Origin: the human T2T-CHM13v2.0 reference genome, Homo sapiens
Strand: one strand, 5' to 3'
DNA: 64,000 nucleotides
Assembly: GCF_009914755.1 (NCBI RefSeq)
Contig: NC_060935.1
Shown one piece after another: positions 59,615 through 64,000 of this stretch. Below the pieces are notes generated by a model, which searched no databases, was not told the origin of the DNA, and saw nothing but the letters and a program-made list of their open reading frames with translations. Each line of letters begins with the position of its first letter. Positions within the stretch are counted from its first letter, which is position 1. A program made the translations under genes and the position numbers.

Positions 59615-60200
59615 ACAATTCTCCCCACTCCATTGGAGAAAAGAGCATGCAGCTGTTGCCCTGTACGCCCTGGTGACATAAAGTAAGTGACCACTCCTGC
59701 CACTGCTTTTCCTGAGAGACCTGGAGAGGTGGGGTTAAGTGGTGGGACTGGAGAGAACACCAGACTGCCCTGGAACACAATGTGGTAAGGTGCCACAGGC
59801 ATTTCTGGAGAAACATCAGGACTACCCATCTATGGGAAATGGACAGGAGCAAAACAGAGATGTCTGCCCCATATCTGCCCCCCTAACTTACCTGACTCTT
59901 TAAACACACTGCTGTCTTACAGCTGATCCACCATGTATCAAACTGCAGCTCACAAGTAAAGTCCACTTGTCCTAAGTAATTGTGCCAGACCACACTGAAG
60001 TATTTCAACCCTGTGTTCTCACATTCACTCTCCTGACCTGAGCATCCTGCCTCTGTGCTGTGGCTTCTGGCTGCTGCTTGATTTAGTTTAGATGAACAAT
60101 TTGGACGCCTTCTTTGGCTTGTAGGACTCATCTTTCCACTCAGCATTTGAATCTGTTCTTTCTTAGAATCTTGATGTCCTCAGCAAATCTCATGTGGCCA

Positions 60201-60303
60201 GAGGGTGACCAACTCATCCTGATTTCCCCAGTTTTAAAACTGAAAGTCCTGAGTCTCAGGAGACCACCTCAGTCCTGTACAAACGAGATGGTTGGTCACT
60301 GTA
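60201..60303. mobile_element. MER81/MER94-like hAT-Blackjack MITE
   Basis: Terminal inverted repeats AGGGTGACCAAC...GTTGGTCACTGT with internal CTGAAAGTCC. Confidence 0.75.
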
Positions 60304-60748
60304 GGTAGGAGTTCCCCAGAATGCCTAGATGGCCAAGTTAATCCCCTCTCCCCAACATGCAGCTAGGGAAGCCCCATCCATTGATGCAGCATCTCATCTA
60401 TCAGATGAGGGATAAGAGATGTGTGCCACATAGAGTGGTTGTGAGAATTAAATGAGACAGAACATGCAAAGTGCTTACTGGCATGTCATTAAGTCACGAG
60501 TAAACATGTCTTATTGTCATCGTTGTTGTTGTTATTTTATTATTTCAAAACATCCTAGAAGAGGTGAATTCGTATAACACTGTACAAGAGTCTATGGTGT
60601 TGTAGATTCAGTGAAATCTAATGTTACACTAGATAAAATGAGTAAGATCAATAACTCTGGGCCCATTGAGATGCCTACTCTCTATAGCAATAACCAAACT
60701 AATATCATTTGACGTGAATTAGACACTGTTTCTTTAACTTCAGGGTCT

Positions 60749-60900
60749 CTGGGGGCTCACACACAAGCAGGGCTCCAAAAGCCTCTACCCTGAGGTAGCG
60801 TGGGCAAACATCTCCCTTTCCTTTCTCCCACTCCCCACTAACTTCCCTGCCTTGCTCAGGTTGCCCTTGTCAGATTCAGATTCATTCACTATTTCTAAAA
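60749..60900 (+). repeat. Dispersed 152-bp direct repeat, copy 1
   Basis: Aligns by eye (~85%) with 62176-62327. Confidence 0.9.
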
Positions 60901-61379
60901 GCAGGTCCATCCCATATTTAAAATATTCCCAAGAGTGCTGGGAATAAGATATTCCCAGGAAAGGAGGTTGATGCCAGCTGGACCCTATTACATGAGATAA
61001 GCTATCTTTTGAATGTCAACTGATTCAGACTCTGTAAGAGTGGACCCCAGAAATCCACACTTCTAATGCATTCCCCAGGTGGCTCTTAGGCACACTAAGG
61101 TGCCAGAACCCCCACAGTAGACCTGGGCTCCTAGTAGAAGGTATTTGTGCCTTGTTCACTACAACATCACCATCCTCTAGGACGAGACCTGTACTCAGTA
61201 GGCACATCCTGAATGTGTATTTATTTATCAGTCCGTCCTTTTGTTTCTGATGCTAAAGATTTTGTGTGCCCAGAAAGTATTTCTCCAGAATGAGACAACA
61301 ACACATGTTCTAGTCACTGAGGCATTTGTTTACACCAGTTTTTCACCCTGGTGGTAATGATTAGGACTGAAAACACTTA

Positions 61380-61800
61380 GAAAATAAACAAATTTCATGA
61401 GGAAAGGAGCAAATTAAGTCTGTGCCGGCAAGGGGCTTCGATTAGATGGAAACAACACTATAAAAACAATCGCCTGGTCTGCCAAGCAAGGTACACTCGC
61501 TCCTCTCAAATTAATGCCATCTGGTTACCCACTTCGAGACAAAGGCCCCTCCCCAGGAACGCCACGCACGGGAATGAGGACGAGTAATCTAATTCTCCAC
61601 GACACTTCCATCTCCATTTTAATATGGAAAATCTCGATGAAATGGATTCTGCAAGAACAGATTTTCATTATTGAAAAGCCATGTCAGAATAAATTAGCAT
61701 GAAGAAGAAGCAGGAAAATACTGGATTGGATTGTTCAGAACAATTAGATTATCCACCTATTGGCAAAGTTGTTTCATATGCATTAGTAGGCGTTAAAGAC
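61380..61800. promoter_or_regulatory. Candidate cis-regulatory element (non-repetitive, CpG-retaining, homeodomain/SOX motifs)
   Basis: 11 CpGs in ~215 bp; TATAAAA at 61459; AACAAT twice; TAATCTAATT at 61585 (+) and 61742 (-). Confidence 0.35.
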
Positions 61801-62175
61801 ACTGAGTATTGTTCTTCCTACCAGTGAAAAGGTTGAATTATCTGCCTGAATTTCTGAATTGATAATTTGCATGCTTTCCCTGCTATTTCCAAGTCATTTG
61901 GTTATTTTGCATCTTGGGTCAGTAATGATAGCATTGTATTATATCAGGTCTCATAACTGAGCTTACACCTAGCAGGAATCTACCTGGAAAACATTGTCAG
62001 AGGAGAGGGAAGAGAAAAACAGATACAGACTGCCAAATTCGCAGGTTGTGGGGAAATACTTGAGCTGCCCTTTTTGTGGGTGAGCCAGGGAGATGGCCCC
62101 AGGGACCTGTGCTGCTGGGGTCCTTGGGAGATAGCTGGGGGTATGGAAGATGGCTCACAGCTGATGCCAATGTGG

Positions 62176-62327
62176 CTGGGGGCTTACAGACAAGCAGGGC
62201 TCCAAAAGCCTCCACCCTCAGGCAGCATGGGCAAACGTCTCCCTTCCTTTCTGCCTCCACCTCACTAACTTCTGTGCCTTCCTCAGGTTGACCCTGTCAG
62301 ATGCAGATTCATCCGCTATTTCCAAAA
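62176..62327 (+). repeat. Dispersed 152-bp direct repeat, copy 2
   Basis: Aligns by eye (~85%) with 60749-60900. Confidence 0.9.
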
Positions 62328-63345
62328 TGCCTGCTCTGTTTCAGGCTCTGCATTAGTCTCCTTTCTGATCATCCTCCACAGATAATCAGGTATTAGAAAA
62401 CACACATACAAAGCAGGAAAAGCTGTCAAGCATCTCCTCTTTGCTCTGTGACCTTGTGTTTCTGTGCCTAGCTTCCTGGTAGATGGTGAGACCCTGGAGG
62501 GTATGGACTATGTCTGTTTATCCGGCAGTGATCACAGTGTTTGGCACTTGGCACACACATAATAAATGTCCAGTGAACAAATAATTACTCTGTGGCATTG
62601 GTCTGATCTCATTTTATAGAGGAGGAAATTGAAATAGCATTTAAATGATGTGCCTTGGTTCACACAGCTAGTATGTGGGCCGCAGAGCCTCGCCCCACAT
62701 TTGTTTGTTCTTGGCTGAACACTATGAATGGTGGGATTGAGGACTAAGTCTTCCTTCCCCTTCTATACTGTAAGTCTATGGATCCCATACCTCTCTATAG
62801 GGGACATCGCTCAGGGAAATACCTGACTTCTTCCTTTATCAAGGAAACTTCAATTTGGCCCCTTCCCTTCCTGATAAATGGCATTTCTTAAATGACAATC
62901 AGGGCTGGGTCTCATCTTTGCCCAGTAGCTCTTCTCTCCTGATGTTTTTTTCTGGTCTAGAGGCCTTGCAGAGCCCTGGCTGAACATGGCTCACAGCACG
63001 TTGCCACCACTGGGCTACCACCGCCGGCACTGTGTTGCTCCTTCTGGTGGGCTCTGCAGCGCCAAACACCTAGGCCTCCAGCATCTACGGTGTGCTGCCC
63101 AGGCCTCTGTCCGGGCCCAAAAGGAACAGAGCTCCAAGGGTCTCTGCCACAGACTTCCTGCCTGCCCAAGACTGTGTTCAGGAAATCATGAATGATGTGT
63201 AAAGTTGGAAACAGGGGTTAGGTGGAACACAGTGCTAGAGAAGCTACTGGGACCACGTTGTCAAGAATCTTATGTAACGTGTTATTCATACGACCTCTGA
63301 AGGCAACTAGCTCATTGGCTATCACCTCCAAATTTCCTAATTCAC

Positions 63346-63739
63346 TATATTAGGCCATTCTTGCATTGCTATAAAAGAATACCTGAGACTGGGTCATTTA
63401 TAAATAAAAGAGGTTTAATTAGCTCACAGTTCTGCAGGCTGTACAGGAAGCATGGTGCCAGCATCTGCTCCGCTTCTGGGGAGGCCTCAGGGAGCTTTTA
63501 CTCCTGATAGAAGGCCAAGTGGGAGCAGGCATGTAACATGGCCAGAGCAGAAGCAAGGAAGGGGGTGGGGATGCTACACACTTAACCAGATCTTGTGAGA
63601 ACTCACTATCACAAGGACAGCACCAAGCCTCGAGGGATCTGCCCACGTGATCCAATCACTCCCACCAGGCCCCACCTCCAACACTGGGGATTACAATTCA
63701 TCATGAGATTTGGCAGGGACACAGATCCAAACCATATCA
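63346..63739 (-). mobile_element. MSTB MaLR solo LTR
   Basis: TATTAGGCCATTCTTGCATTGCTATAAA...CAGATCCAAACCATATCA; TSD TTCAC/CTCAC. Confidence 0.9.
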
Positions 63740-64000
63740 CTCACCCTCTGCAGGGTGAAGGTAAATGTTCTCTCAAATCTGGATCATGCTACATAATTAC
63801 TAATCAATAGCAGAAACTTTTCTTCCCCAGAGCTTACACAAGGAACTGAAATTCTTCTCAACACAGTCTTTCAGGCAGCCACTACCAATGGGCTGGATTG
63901 GCACTTGAGATGAAATCTATTTGCCATCCTGATTCTAGGCATGCCCTCCATTTGGATAAGTGGAGGAAAAACTTGTCATCCAGGTAATCTCAATGGATTT

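Overview
Human genomic DNA: a pre-Ta L1Hs and an AluYg6, both human-specific subfamilies, fix the species. I find no host protein-coding exon, RNA gene or CRISPR array. The window is a repeat-dense intergenic or intronic interval, and every long ORF is LINE-1. It contains: (i) the 5' part of an L1PA3/PA2-type element (1-3898, minus) with an open ORF1 and a 5'UTR that has lost an intron precisely (SpIRE 97/622 type); (ii) an ancient L1M body (3.9-13.2 kb) and an ancient L2 (14.4-22.7 kb) carrying nested MLT2, L1PA5, THE1, MLT1, Alu, Zaphod, MER45 and MER47 insertions, many with readable TSDs; (iii) a 5'-truncated L1PA4 (24580-29336, minus) that shares private variants with the first L1, suggesting patchy gene conversion; (iv) a twin-primed pre-Ta L1Hs, MER39 and MER11C solo LTRs, and an AluYg6; (v) several short local duplications and two CpG-retaining unique segments that may be regulatory. 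The most unusual candidate is a ~2 kb insert (9968-11922). It looks like a retrocopy of a spliced chimeric RNA joining an ERV1 LTR/leader splice donor to an antisense-Alu acceptor. Subfamily calls rest on consensus sequences recalled from memory, not on a RepeatMasker run. Repeat strands are given relative to the usual consensus orientation.
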